Assembly: GCF_009914755.1 (NCBI RefSeq)
Contig: NC_060927.1
DNA: 64,000 bases
Source: the human T2T-CHM13v2.0 reference genome, Homo sapiens
Strand: one strand, 5' to 3'
The notes under the pieces were generated by a model. It was not told where the DNA came from. It worked only from the letters and a program-made list of their open reading frames with translations, and ran no database searches. A program made the position numbers and the translations under genes. This document shows positions 1 through 13,139 of this stretch, piece by piece. The stretch's first letter is position 1, and every line of letters begins with the position of its first letter.

Positions 1-1614
1 ACCTAAAACCTCTTCAACTCACACCTGACCTAAAACCTAAATGCCTTATTTTCTTTTGCAATCCTGCCTGACCCCAGTACAAACTCAACAGTGGTTCCAA
101 ATAGCCATAAAATGGCACTTTCAATTTTTCCATCCTACAAGATCTAAATAATTCTTGTCGTAAAATGGGCAAACGGTCTGGGGTGCCTGATGTCCAGGCA
201 TTCTTTACACATTGGTCCCTCCTTAGTCTCTGTGCCCAGTGCAACTCCTCCCAAATCTTCCTTCTTTCCCTCCCACCTGTCCCCTCAGCCCCAACCCCAA
301 GCGTTGCTGAGTCTTTCTAATCTTCCTTTTCTACAGACCCATCTGACCTCTCCCCTCCTCACCAGGACAAGCTAGGTGCCAATTCTTCCTCAGCCTCCCC
401 TCTTCCACCCTATAATTCTTTTATCACCTCCCTTCCTCACACCCAGTCCACCTTACAGTTTTGTTCTGTGACTAGCCCTCCCCCACCTGCCCAGCAATTT
501 ACTCTTAAAAAGGTGGCTGGAGCTAAAGGCATAGTCAAGGTTAATGCTCCTTTTTCTTTATCCCAAAACAGCGTTTAGACTCTTTTTCATCAAATGTAAA
601 AACCCAGCCCAGTTCATGGCTCATTTGGCAGCAACCCTGAGATGCTTTACAGCCCTAGACCCTAAAAGGTCAAAAGGCCATCTTATTCTCAATATACATT
701 ACCCAATCTGCTCTCGACATTAAATAAAACTCCAAAAATTAAATTCTGGCCCTCAAACCCCACAACAGGACTTAATTAACCTCACCTTCAAGGTGTACAA
801 TAATAGAGTAGAGGCAGCCAAGTAGCAGCGTATTTTTGAGTTGCAATTCCTTGCCTCCACTATGAGACAAACCCCAGCCACATCTCCGGCACACAAGAAC
901 TTCCAAACGCCTAAACCGCAGTGGCCAGGCATTCCTCCAGGCCTGCCTCCCCTAGGAGCTTGCTACAAGTGCTAGAAATCTGGCCATCAGGCCAAGGAAT
1001 GCCCGCAGCCTGGGATTCCTCCTAAGCCATGTCCCATCTGTACGGGACCACACTGAAAATCAGACTGTTCAACTCACCTGGCAGCCACTCCCAGAGCCCC
1101 TGGAACTCTGGCCTAAGGCTTTCTGACTGACTCCTTCCCAGATCTTCTCAGCTTAGCAGCTGAAGACTGACACTGCCCGATAGCCTTGGAAGCCCCCTAG
1201 ACCATCACGGATGCCGAGCTTTAAGTAACTCTCACAGTGGAAGGTAAGTCCATCCCCTTCTTAATCAATACGAAGGCTACCCACACCACATCTCCACATT
1301 ACCTTCTTTTCAAAGGACTGTTTCCCTTGCCTCCATAACTGTTGTGGGTATTGATGGCCAGGCTTCTAAACCTCTTAAAGCTCCCTAACTCTGGTGCCAA
1401 GTTAGAAAATACTCTTTTAAGCACTCCTTTTTAGTTATCCCAGTTCCTTTATTAGGCCAAGACACTTTAACTAAATTATCCACTTCCCTGAGTATTCCTG
1501 GACTACAGCCACATCTCATTGCCACCCTTCTTCCCAATCCAAAGCCTCCCTTGTGTCCTCCCTTTTTTATCCCCCCACCTTAACCCACAAGGATAAGATA
1601 CCTCTACTCCCTCC

Positions 1615-2181
1615 TTGGCGACTGATCACGCATCCCTTACCATCTCATTAAAACCTAATCACCCTTACCCTGCTCAATGCCAATCTCCCATCCCACAGCA
1701 TGCTTTCAAAGGATTAAAGCCTGTTATCACTGGCCTGTTACAGCATGACCTTTTAAAGCCTATAAATTCTTCTTACAATTCCCCCATTTTACCCGTCCTA
1801 GAACCAGACAAGCCTTACAGGTTAGTTCAGGATCTGCACCTTATCAACACAATTGTTTTGCCTATTCACCCCATGGTGCCAAACCCATATACTCTCCTAT
1901 CCTCAATACCTCCCTCCACAACCCATTATTCTGTTCTGGATCTCAAACATGCTTTCTTTACTATTCCTTTGCACCCTTCATCCCAGCCTCTCTTTGCTTT
2001 CACTTGGACTGACCCTGACACCCATCAGTCTCAGCAAATTACCTGGGCTGTACTGCCACAAAGCTTCACAGACAGCCCCCATTACTTCAGTCAAGCCAAA
2101 ATTTCATCCTCATCTGTTACCTATCTCAGCATAATTCTCAGAAAAACACACGTGCTCTCCCTGCCGATCATGTCCAGCTGA
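1615..2181 (+). pseudogene. HERV-H pol (RT N-terminal) remnant lacking the YxDD catalytic segment
   Basis: LPQSFTDSPHYFSQA runs directly into KISSSSVTYL; frameshifts and stops follow. Confidence 0.9.
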
Positions 2182-4205
2182 TCCCTCAAACCACAACACC
2201 TTCTGCAAAACAACAACTCCTTTCCTTCCTAGGCATGGTTGGATACTTTTGACTTCAGATACCTGGTTTTGCCATCCTAACAAAACCATTATATAAACTC
2301 ACAAAAAGAAACCTAGCTGACCCAATAGATCCTAAATCCTTTCCCCACTCCTCTTTCCATTCCTTGAAGACAGTTTTAGAGACTGCCCCCACCCTAGCTC
2401 TCCCTGACTCATCCCAACTCTTTTCATTATCCACAGCCGAAGTGCAGGGCTGTGCAGTCGGAATTCTTACACAAGAACTGGGACCGCACCCCGTAGCCTT
2501 TTTATCCAAACAACTTGACCTTACTGTCTTGCTTAGCCCTCAAGTCTGTGTGCAGCAGGTGCCACCACAACCCCAATACTTTTAGAGGCCCTTAAAATCA
2601 CAAACTATGCTCAACTTACTCTCTGCAGTTCTCATAACTTCCAAAATCTATTTTCTTCCTCACTCCTGACACATATACTTTCTGCTCCCTGGCTCCTTCA
2701 GCTGTTCTCACTCTTTGGTGAGTCTCCCACAATTACCATTGTTCCTGGCCCAGACTTCAGTCTGGTCTCCCACATTATTCCTGATACCACAACTGACCCC
2801 CATGACTGTATCTCTCTGATCCACCTGACATTCACCCCATTTCCCCATATTTCCTTCTTTCCTGTTCCTCACCCTGATCACACTTTGTTTATTGATGGCA
2901 ATTCCAGCAGGCCTAATGGCCACACACCAGCAAAAGCAGGCTATGCTATGGTACAAGCCACTAGCCCGCCTCTTAGAACCTCTCATTTCCTTTCCATCGT
3001 GGAAATCTATCCGCAAGGAAATAACTTCTCAGTGTTCCATCTGCTATTCTACTACTCCTCAGGGATTATTCAGGCCCCCTCCCTTCCCTACACATCAAGC
3101 TTGGAGATTTGCCCCCACCCAGCACTGGTAAATTGGCTTTACTCAGCATGCCCCAAGTCAGATAACTAAAATACCTCTTAGTCTAAGCAGACACTTTCGC
3201 TGGATAAGTAGAGGCCTTTCCTACAGGGTCTGAGAAGGCCACCACAGTCATTTCTTCCCTTCTGTCAGACATAATTCCTCGGTTTGGGCTTCCCATCTCT
3301 ATACAGTCTGATAACGGACCAGCCTTTATTAGTCAAATCAGCCAAGCAGTTTTTCAGGCTCTTGGTGTTCAGTGAAACCTTTATATCCCTTACGGTCCTC
3401 CGTCTTCAGAAAAAGTAGAACAGACTAGAGGTCTTTTAAAAACACACCTCACGAAGCTCAGCCACCAACTTAAAAAGGACTGGACAGTACTTTTACCACT
3501 TTCCCTTCTCAGAAGTCAGGCCTGTCCTCAGAGTGCTACAAGGTACAGCCCATTCGAGCTCCTGTATAGATGCTCCTTTTTATTAGGCCCCAGTCTCATC
3601 CCAGACACCAGACCAACTTAGACTGCACCCCAAAAAACTTGTAATCCCTACTATTTTCTATCTAGTCATACTCCTATTCACTGTTCTCAACTACTCATAA
3701 ATGCCCTGCTCTTGTTTACACTGCTGGTTTACACTGTTTCTCCAAGCTATCACAGCTGATATCTCCTGGTGCTATCCCCAAACCACCACTCTTAACTCTT
3801 AGAGTAAATAAATAATCTTTGCTGGCAAGGCTATGCTGAACCTCCTTAGGCACTCTCTAATTAGATGTCCTAGGTCCTCCCAATTCTTAGTCCTTTAATA
3901 CCTGTTTTTCTCCTTCTCTTATTCCGTTTAGTTTTTCAATTCATACAAAACCGTATCCAGGCCATCACTAATAATTCTACATGACAAATGTTTCTTTTAA
4001 CAACCCCGCAATATTGCCCTTTACCACAAAATCTTCCTTCAGCTTAATCTCTCCCACTCTAGGTTCCCATGCCGCCCCTAATCCTGCTCAAAGCAGCCCT
4101 GAGAAACATCACCCATTATCTCTCCATACCACCCGCAAAAATTTTCACTGTCCCAACACTTTACCACTATTTCATTTTATTTTTCTCATTAATATAAGAC
4201 AGGAA

Positions 4206-4608
4206 TGTCAGGACTCTGAGTCCAAGCTAAGCCTGTGACCTGCACGTACACATCCAGATGGCTGGTTCCTGCCTTAACTGATGACATTCCACCACAAAAG
4301 AAGTGAAAATGGCCTGTTCCTGCCTTAACTGATGACATTCTCTTGTGAAATTCCTTCTCCTGGCTCATTCTGGCTCAAAAGCTCCCCTACTGAGCACCTT
4401 GTGACCCCCACTCCTGCCCGCCAGAGAATAACCCCCCTTTGACTGTAATTTTCCTTTACCTACCCAAATCCTATAAAATGGCCCCACCTCTATCTCCCTT
4501 CTCTGACTCTCTTTTCGGACTCAGCCCGCCTGCACCCAGGTGAAATAAACAGCCTTGTTGCTCACAGAAGGCCTGTTTGGTGGTCTCTTCACACAGACGT
4601 GCACGAAA
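4206..4608 (+). mobile_element. LTR7, 3' LTR of HERV-H #1
   Basis: Starts TGTCAGG after purine-rich ATAAGACAGGAA; duplicated GTTCCTGCCTTAACTGATGACATT block, TATAAAA, AATAAA. Confidence 0.95.
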
Positions 4609-4738
4609 ATTACCTTTCATTTTTCAACAACAGCTCAATCTCATCACACTTTGTGGGTAGAGAAGAACAGAGGAAGTAAGGGAATGGAGAGGCAGTGTGA
4701 GACTGGGCAGTCTGAAAATGTTATGGGTTTTATTGCAG

Positions 4739-6655
4739 TGATATGGTTAGGATATGTGTCACCTCCAAATCTCATTTTTAAATGTATTCCTCAATGTTGA
4801 AGATGGGATCTTGTAGGAGATATTTGGGTTACAGTGGCAGATCCCTCATAAGTGGCTTCATGGCATTTCCATGGTAATGAGTGAATTTTCACTCTAGCTT
4901 CCCATGAGATCTGGTTGTTTAAAAGAGTGTGACACCTCCCTCTTCTCTCTTGTCTGCTCTTGCTGTGTAATGTGCCTGCTCTCCTTTTTCTTTCATCATG
5001 ATTGTAAGCTTCCTGAGGGCCTCACCAGGAACAGATTCTGGCACCATGCCTTTTGTACATTCTACAGAATTGTGAGTCAATTAAACCTCTTTTCTTTATA
5101 AATTACCCAGCCTCAGGCATTTCTTTATAGCAACACAAGAATGGCCTAATACAGACAATTGGTACCAGGAATGGGGTGTTGCTACAAGTATACTAGAAAA
5201 TGTGGAAGTAGCTTTGGAACTGCGTAATAGAAGGAGAATGGAAGAGTTTGGAAGGCTCAGAAGAGGATAGGAAGATAAGGGAAAGTTTGGAACCTTTTGG
5301 AGACTAGTTAAATGGTTGTGACCAAAATGCTGGCAGAAATATGGACAGTAAAGTCCAGGCTGATCAGGTCTTAGATGGAAATGAGGAACTTATTAAGAAC
5401 TAAAGCAAACACCACCCATATTATGCCCTAGCAAATAACTTGGCTGCATTGTGTTTATGCCCTAGGGATCTGTGGAAGTTTGAATTCAAACGTGATGACC
5501 TGGTGATATGGTTTGGATCTGTGCCCCTGCCCAAATCTCATGTCAAATTGTAATCTGCAGTGTTGGAGGTCAACTTGTAATCCTGTGTGAAAGATGATTG
5601 GATCATGTGGGCAGAGTTCTCATGAATCATTTAGTATCATCCCCTCAGTGTTTTTCTCATAATAGTGAGTGAGTGAGTTATTGTGAGACCTGGTTGATTA
5701 AAAGTGTGTAGCACCTCCTCCCTCTCTCTCCTTCTTTTCCTTGTGCTCCAGCCATGATGTGCATGCTCCCCCCTTCACCTTCTGCCATGATTCCAAGTTT
5801 TCTGAGGCCTCACAGACACCAAGCAGAAACTGGCATGCTTCCTGTACAGCCTGCAGAACCATGAGCCAATTAAATCGTTCTTCTTTATAAATTACCCAGT
5901 CTCAAGTATTTCTTTACAGCAGTGCAAGAATGGACTGATACACCTAGGGTATCTGGTGAAAGAAATTTCTAAGCAGCAAAGCATTCAAGATGAAGCCTGG
6001 GTGCATCTAATAGCCTATTGTCAGGTACCAGAGCAAATAAATGACTTAAAGTTGCTGCTTATATTTGAAAGGGAAGTAGAGTATAAAAATGTGAAAAATT
6101 TGCAGCCCGGCCATGTGATAGAAAAGGAAAAGGCATTTTCGGGAGAGAAATACAGGTAGGCTGCAGAGCAGCCACTTGCTATAGAGATTAGCTTGACTAA
6201 AAGGGGGTCAAGTGCTAATATACAAGACAATGGGAAAAAGGCCTAGAAAACCTTTCAGAAATCTCTGAGGCAGTCCCTCCCATCACAGGCAGAGACCTAG
6301 GATGAAAGAATAATTTTCTGAGCCAGGCCCAGGGACCCACTGCCCTGCACAGCCTTGAAACACTGTTCCCCAAGTCCCAACTGTTCCTGCTCCAGCCTTG
6401 GCTCAAAGGGCCTCAGATATTTCTCAGGCTGTCACTTTTGAGAACACAAGCTTCTGTAAACCTTGGCAGCTTCTGTGCAGTGGTAAGACTGTGGGTGCAC
6501 AGAATGCAAGAGTGAAGGAGGCATGGTAACTTCCACCTAATTTTCAGAGGATGTATGAGAAAGCCTGGGTGCCCAGGCAGAGGCCTGTCACAGAAGCAGA
6601 GCCCTCACAAAGAACCTCTACTGTGTCTGTACAGAGGGAAAATGTGGGGTTGGAG
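4739..6655 (+). mobile_element. MaLR (MST-type) 5' LTR (4739-5153) plus truncated internal sequence
   Basis: TGATATGG...CTAATACA LTR followed by GACAATTGGTACCAGG and typical MST/THE1 internal sequence. Confidence 0.85.
5504..5942 (+). mobile_element. MSTA/THE1-type solo LTR nested in the MST internal region
   Basis: TGATATGGTTTGG...GGACTGATACA; 5-bp TSD CCTGG/CCTAG with one mismatch. Confidence 0.85.
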
Positions 6656-6694
6656 TGTGCTGGTTCTTTAATTACGTTAAGATATGTTGGAGTG

Positions 6695-7156
<462 letters not shown>

Positions 7157-7250
7157 TTACAGTAATTCAGTGTATAAATTATCCAAGTAAAAAAAAAGCC
7201 AAAAACAAATGGTCCTATTTTTTAAATTTTCTTTCTTGGTTTATCCTTAA

Positions 7251-7662
7251 TGTCAGGCCTCTGAGCCCAAGCTAAGCCATCATGTCCCCTGTGACCTGCA
7301 CATACACATCCAGATGTCTGGTTCCTGCCTTAACTGATGATATTCCACCACAAAAGAAGTGAAAATGGCCTGTTCCTGCCTTAACTGATGACATTGTCTT
7401 GTGAAATTCCTTCTCCTGGCTCATCTGGCTCAAAAGCTCCCCTACTGAGCACCTTGGGACCCCCACTCTGCCCACCAGAGAACAACCCCCCTTTGACTGT
7501 AATTTTCCTTTATCTACCCAAATCCTATAAAACGGCCCCACCCGTATCTCCCTTCTCTGACTCTCTTTTCGGACTCAGCCCACCTGCACCCAGGTGAAAT
7601 AAACAGCCTTGTTGCTCACACAAAGCCTGTTTGGTGGTCTCTTCACACAGACACACATGAAA
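7251..7662 (+). promoter_or_regulatory. 5' LTR7 with intact TATA box
   Basis: TATAAAA at 7526-7532 (TGTAAAA in the 3' LTR), GC-rich boxes downstream, AATAAA at 7598-7603. Confidence 0.85.
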
Positions 7663-7664
7663 TT

Positions 7665-7682
7665 TGGTGCCATGACTCGGAT
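7665..7682 (+). other. Primer binding site complementary to tRNA-His
   Basis: TGGTGCCATGACTCGGAT immediately after the 5' LTR; one mismatch to TGGTGCCGTGACTCGGAT. Confidence 0.93.
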
Positions 7683-9379
7683 TGGGGGACCTCCCTTGGA
7701 AGATCAATCCCCTGTCCTCCTGTTTTTTGCTCCATGAGAAAGATGCACCTATGACCTCAGGTCCTCAGACTGACCGGCCCAAGAAACACCTCACCAATTG
7801 CAAATCTGGTAAGCAGCCTCTTTTTACTCTCTTCTCCAACCTCCCTTACTATCCCTCAACCTCTTTCTCCTTTCAATCTTGGTGCCACACTTCAATCTCT
7901 CCCTTCTCTTAATTTCAATTCCTTTCATTTTCTGGTAGAGACAAATGAGACACATTTTATCGGTGGACCCAAAACTCCAGCGCCGGTCACGGACTGGGAA
8001 GGCAGCCTTCCCTTGGTGTTTAATCATTGCAGGGATGCCTCTCTGATTATTCACCCACATTTCAGAGGTGTCAGACCATGCAGGGACACCTGTCTTGGTC
8101 CTTCACCCTTAGCAGCAAGTCCTGCTTTTCTGGGGAAGGGGAAAGTACCCCAACCCCTTCTTTCCATGTCTTTACCCCTTCTCTGCTTTTCTGGGGGAGG
8201 GGCAAGAACCCCTCAACCCCTTCTCCTTCACCCTTAGCAAGTCCTGCTTTTCTAGGGGGCAAGAACACCCAATCCCTTATTTCTGCACCTCAACCTCTTA
8301 TCTCTGCACCCCAATCCATTATTTCCACTCCCCAGCCTCTTATCTCTGTGCCCTAACCCCTTCTGTGCCCCGAACCCTTTCTCACTTTTCTGGAGGGTAA
8401 GAACCCCCAAACCCCTTCCATCCATGCCTCTACTCCCTCTTTTCTCTGGGCTTGCCTCCTTCACTATGGGCAACCTTCCACCCTCCATTCCTCCTTCTCC
8501 CTTAGCCTGTGTTCTCAAGAACTTAAAATCTCTTTAACTCACACCTCACCTAAAACCTAAATGCCTTATCTTCTTCTGCAACACTGCTTGGCCCCAGTAC
8601 AAACTTGAAAATGACTTTAATGGCCAGAAAATGGCACTTTCGATTTCTCCATCCTACAAGACCTAAATAATGTTTGTTGAAAAGTGGGCAAACGGTCTGA
8701 GGTGCCTGACGTCCAGGCATTCTTTTGCACATTGGTCCCTCCTTAGTCTCTGTGCCCAGTGCAACTCCTCCCAAATCTTCCTTCTTTCCCTCCCACCTGT
8801 CCCCTCAGCCCCAACCCCAAGCGTTGCTGAGTCTTTCTAATCTTCCTTTTCTACAGACCCATCTGACCTCTCCCCTCCTCACCAGGCCAAGCTAGGTCCC
8901 AATTCTTCCTCAGCCTCTGCTCCTCCACCCTATAATCCTTTTATCACCTCCCCTCCTCACACCCAGTCCAGCTTACAGTTTTGTTCCGTGACTAGCCCTC
9001 TCCCACCTGCCCAGCAATTTACCCTTAAAAAGGTGGCTGGAGCTAAAGGCATAGTCAAGGTTAATGTTCCTTTTTCTTTATCCCAAATCAGATAGCATTT
9101 AGGCTCTTTTACATCAAATATAAAAATCCAGCCCAGTTCATGGCTCATTTGGCAGCAACCCTGAGATGCTTTACAGCCCTAGACCCTAAAAGGTCAAAAG
9201 GCTGTCTTATTCTCAATATACATTTTATTACCCAATCTGCTCCCAACATTAAATAAAATGCCAAAAATTAAATTCCAGCCCTCAAACCCCACAACAGGAC
9301 TTAATTAACCTCACCTTCAAGGTGTACAATAATAGAGTAGAGGCAGCCAAGTAGCAACATATTTCTGAGTTGCAATTCC

Positions 9380-9583
9380 TTGCCTCCACTGAGACAAATC
9401 CCAGCCTCATCTCCACCACACAAGAACTTCCAAATGCCTGAACCACAGCAGCCAGGCATTTCTCCAGAACCACCTCCCCCAGGAGTTTGCTACAAGTGCC
9501 AGAAATCTGGCCATCAGGCCAAGGAATGCCCGCAGCCTGGGATTCCTCCTAAGCCATGTCCCATCTGTGCAGGACCCCATTGA
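9380..9583 (+). pseudogene. HERV-H gag nucleocapsid remnant with two zinc knuckles
   Basis: CYKCQKSGHQAKEC followed by CPICAGPH-stop. Confidence 0.9.
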
Positions 9584-10144
9584 AAATTGGACTGTTCGAC
9601 TCACCTGGCAGCCACTCCCAGAGCCCCTGGAACTCTGGCCTAAGGCTCTCTGACTGACTCCTTCCCAGATCTTCTCGGTTTAGCGGCTGAAGACTGACAC
9701 TGCTGGATTGCCTCAGAAGCCCCGTAGACCATCATGGATGCCGAGCCTTAAGTAACTCTCACAGTGGAGGGTATGTCCGTCCTCTTCTTAATCAATATGG
9801 AGTCTACCCACTCCACATTACCTTCTTTTCAAGGGCCTGTTTTCCTTGCCTCCATAACTGTTGTGGGTATTGACAGCCAGGCTTCTAAACCTCTTAAAAC
9901 TCCCCAACTCTGGTGCTAACTTAGACAATACTCTTTTAAGCATTCCTTTTTAGTTATCCCCACCTGCCTAGTTTCCTTATTAGGCTGAGACACTTTAACT
10001 AAATTATCTGCTTCCTTGACTATTCCTGGGCTACAGCCACATCTCATTGCCACCTTTTCCCCCAGTTCAAAGCCTCCTTCACATCCTCCCCTTGTATCTC
10101 CCCACCTTAACCCACAAGTATAAGACACCTCTACTCCCTCCTTA

Positions 10145-12130
10145 GTGACTGATCATGCACTCCTTACCATCCCATTAAAACCTAATCATTCTTACCCCAC
10201 TCAATGCCAATATCCCATCCCACAGCACGCTTTAAAAGGATTAAAGCCTGTTATCACTCACCTGTTACAGCATGGCCTTTTAAAGCCTATGAATTCTCCT
10301 TACAATGCCCCCATTTTACCCGTCCTAGAACCAGACAAGCCTTACAGGTTAGTTCAGGATCTGCGCCTTATCAACCAAATTGTTTTGCCTATCCACCCCA
10401 TGGTGCCAAACCCATATGCTGTCCTATCCTTAATACCTCCCTCCACAACCCATTATTCTGTCCTGGATCTCAAACATGCTTTCTTTACTATTCCTTTGCA
10501 CCCTTCATCCCAGCCTCTCTTTGCTTTCACTTGGACTGACCCTGACACCCATTAGGCTCAGCAAATTACCTGGGCTGTACTGCCGCAAGGCTTCACAGAC
10601 AGCCCCCATTACTTCAATCAAGCCCAAATTTCATCCTCATCTGTTACCTATCTCGGCATAATTCTCAGAAAAACACACGTGCTCTCCCTGCTGATCGTGT
10701 CTGACCAATCTCCCAAACCTCAATCCCTTACAAAGCAATAACTCCTTTCCTTCCTGGGCATGGTTGGATACTTTCGCCTTTGGATTCCAGGCTTTGCCAT
10801 CCTAAAAAAACCATTATATAAACTCATAAAAGGAAACCCAGCTGACCCCATAGATCCTAAATCCTTTCCCAACTCCTCTTTCCATTCCTTGAAGACAACT
10901 TTAGAGACTGCCCCCACCGTACCTCTCCCTGACTCATCCCAACCATTTTCATTACACACAGCCGAAGTGCAGGGCTGTGCAGTTAGAATTCTTACACAAG
11001 GACCAGGATCATGTCCTGTAGCCTTTTTGTCCAAACAACTTGACCTTACTGTTTTAGGCTGGCCATTATGTCTCTGTGCAGCAGCTGCTGCTGCCCTAAT
11101 ACTTTAGAGGCCCTTAAAATCACAAACTATGCTCAACTCACTCTCTACAGTTCTCATAACTTCCAAAATCTATTTTTTTCCTCACACCTTACACATATAC
11201 TTTCTGCTCCCTGGCTCCTTCAGCTGTACTCACTCTTTGGTGAGTCTCCCACAATTACCATTGTTCCTGGCCCGGACTTCAATCCGGCCTCCCACATTAT
11301 TCCTGATACCACATCTGACCCCTATGACTGTATCTCTCTGATCCACCTGACATTCACCCCATTTCCCCATATTTCCTTCTTTCCTGTTCCTCACCCTGAT
11401 CATGTTTGATTTATTGATGGCAGTTCCACCAGGCCTAATGGCCACACACCAGCAAAAGCAGGCTATGCTATGGTACAAGCCACTAGCCCGCCTCTTAGAA
11501 CCTCTCATTTCCTTTCCATCGTGGAAATCTATCCGCAAGGAAATAACTTCTCAGTGTTCCATCTGCTATTCTACTACTCCTCAGGGATTATTCAGGCCCC
11601 CTCCCTTCCCTACACATCAAGCTTGGAGATTTGCCCCCACCCAGCACTGGTAAATTGGCTTTACTCAACATGCCCCGAGTCAGATAACTAAAATACCTCT
11701 TAGTCTAAGTAGACACTTTCACTGGATAGGTAGAGGCCTTTCCTACAGGGTTTGAGAAGGCCACCACAGTCATTTCTTCCCTTCTGTCAGACATAATTCC
11801 TCAGTTTAGCCTTCCCACCTCTATACAGTCTGATAAGAGACCAGCCTTTATTAGTCAAATCAGCCAAGCAGGTTTTCAGGCTCTTAGTATTCAGTGAAAC
11901 CTTTATATCCCTTACAGTCCTCTGTCTTCAGGAAAAGTAGAACGGACTAAAGGTCTTTTAAAAACACACCTCACCAAGCTCAGCCACCAACTTAAAAAGA
12001 ACTGGACAATACTTTTACCACTTTCCCTTCTCAGAAGTCAGACCTGTCCTCAGAATGCTACAAGGTACAGCCCATTTGAGCTCCTGTATAGATGCTCCTT
12101 TTTATTAGGCCCCAGTCTCATTCCAGACAC
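10145..12130 (+). pseudogene. HERV-H pol remnant (RT, RNase H and IN fragments) with stops, frameshifts and deletions
   Basis: ORF fragments 10145-10555, 10760-11107 and 11068-11409. Confidence 0.9.
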
Positions 12131-12730
12131 CAGACCAACTTAGACTGTGCCCCAGAAAAACTTGTCATCCCTACTGTCTTCTCTCTAGTCATACTCCTAT
12201 TCATCATTCTCAACTACTCATAAATGCCCTGCTCTTGTTTATACTGCTGGTTTACACTGTTTCTCCAAGCCATCACAGCTGATATCTCCTGGTGCTATCC
12301 CCAAACTGCCACTCTTAACTGTTAAAGTAAATAAATAATCTTTGCTGGCAGGACTATGCTGAATCTCCTTAGGCACTCTCTAATCAGATGTCCTGGGTCA
12401 TCCCAATTCTTAGACATTTTATACCTGTTTTTCTCCTTCTCATTCCATTTAGTTTTTCAATTCATACAAAATCGTATCCAGGCCATCACCAATAATTCAA
12501 CACGACAAATGTTTCTTCTAACAACCCTACAATATCACCCCTTACTACAAAATCTTCCTTCAGCTTAATCTCTCCCACTCTAGGTTCCCACGCTGCCCCT
12601 AATCCTGCTCAAAGCAGCCCTGAGAAACATCACCCATTATCTCTCCATACCCAACCCCAAAAATTTTCACCGTCCCAACACTTTACCACTATTTCATTTT
12701 ATTTTTCTTATTAATATAAGAAGACAGAAA

Positions 12731-13139
12731 TGTCAGGCCTCTGAGCCCAAGCTAAGCCATCATATCCCCTGTGAGCTGCACGTACACATCAAGATGACAG
12801 GTTCCTGCCTTAACTGATGACATTACACCAAAAAAGAAGTGAAAATGGCCTGTTCCTGCCTTAACTGATGACATTGTCTTGTGAAATTCCTTCTCCTGGC
12901 TCATCTGGCTCAAAAGCTCCCCTACTGAGGACCTTGTGACCCCCACTCTGCCCGCCAGAGAACAACCCCCCTTTGACTGTAATTTTCCTTTATCTACCCA
13001 AATCCTGTAAAATGGCCCCACCCCTAGCTCCCTTCTCTGACTCTCTTTTGGGACTCAGCCCGCCTGCACCCAAGTGATTAAAAGCTTTATTGCTCGCACA
13101 AAGCCTGTTGGTGGTCTCTTCACATGGATGTGCATGAAA
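12731..13139 (+). mobile_element. 3' LTR7 of HERV-H #2
   Basis: TGTCAGGCC...CATGAAA followed by TSD CTTAA; ATTAAA at 13077-13082. Confidence 0.95.

Larger units (their letters stand above)
1..4608 (+). mobile_element. HERV-H provirus #1 (5' part outside the window): degenerate gag/pro/pol, env largely deleted, 3' LTR7
   Basis: RT motifs in ORF 1615-2181 (NSPILPV, YRLVQDL, VLDLKHAFF, WAVLPQ), CYKC zinc-knuckle remnant near 960, integrase remnant near 3150-3600, LTR TGTCAGG...GAAA at 4206-4608; collinear with provirus #2 at an offset of about 8520. Confidence 0.96.
7251..13139 (+). mobile_element. HERV-H provirus #2, two-LTR structure, common internally deleted form (about 5.9 kb)
   Basis: LTRs 7251-7662 and 12731-13139, perfect 5-bp TSD CTTAA (7246-7250 and 13140-13144), His PBS, gag zinc knuckles, pro/pol remnants. 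Confidence 0.97.

Noticed and set aside
4265-4340. Direct repeat GTTCCTGCCTTAACTGATGACATT with a spacer, recurring in each LTR; superficially CRISPR-like
   Set aside because: Normal internal duplication of LTR7 U3; only two units, eukaryotic context, no cas genes
8150-8420. Degenerate short tandem repeats (CCCTTATTTCTGCACC-like)
   Set aside because: Typical of the HERV-H leader region
10145-11653. HERV-H pol ORFs as an active reverse transcriptase or domesticated gene
   Set aside because: YxDD region deleted; multiple stops and frameshifts
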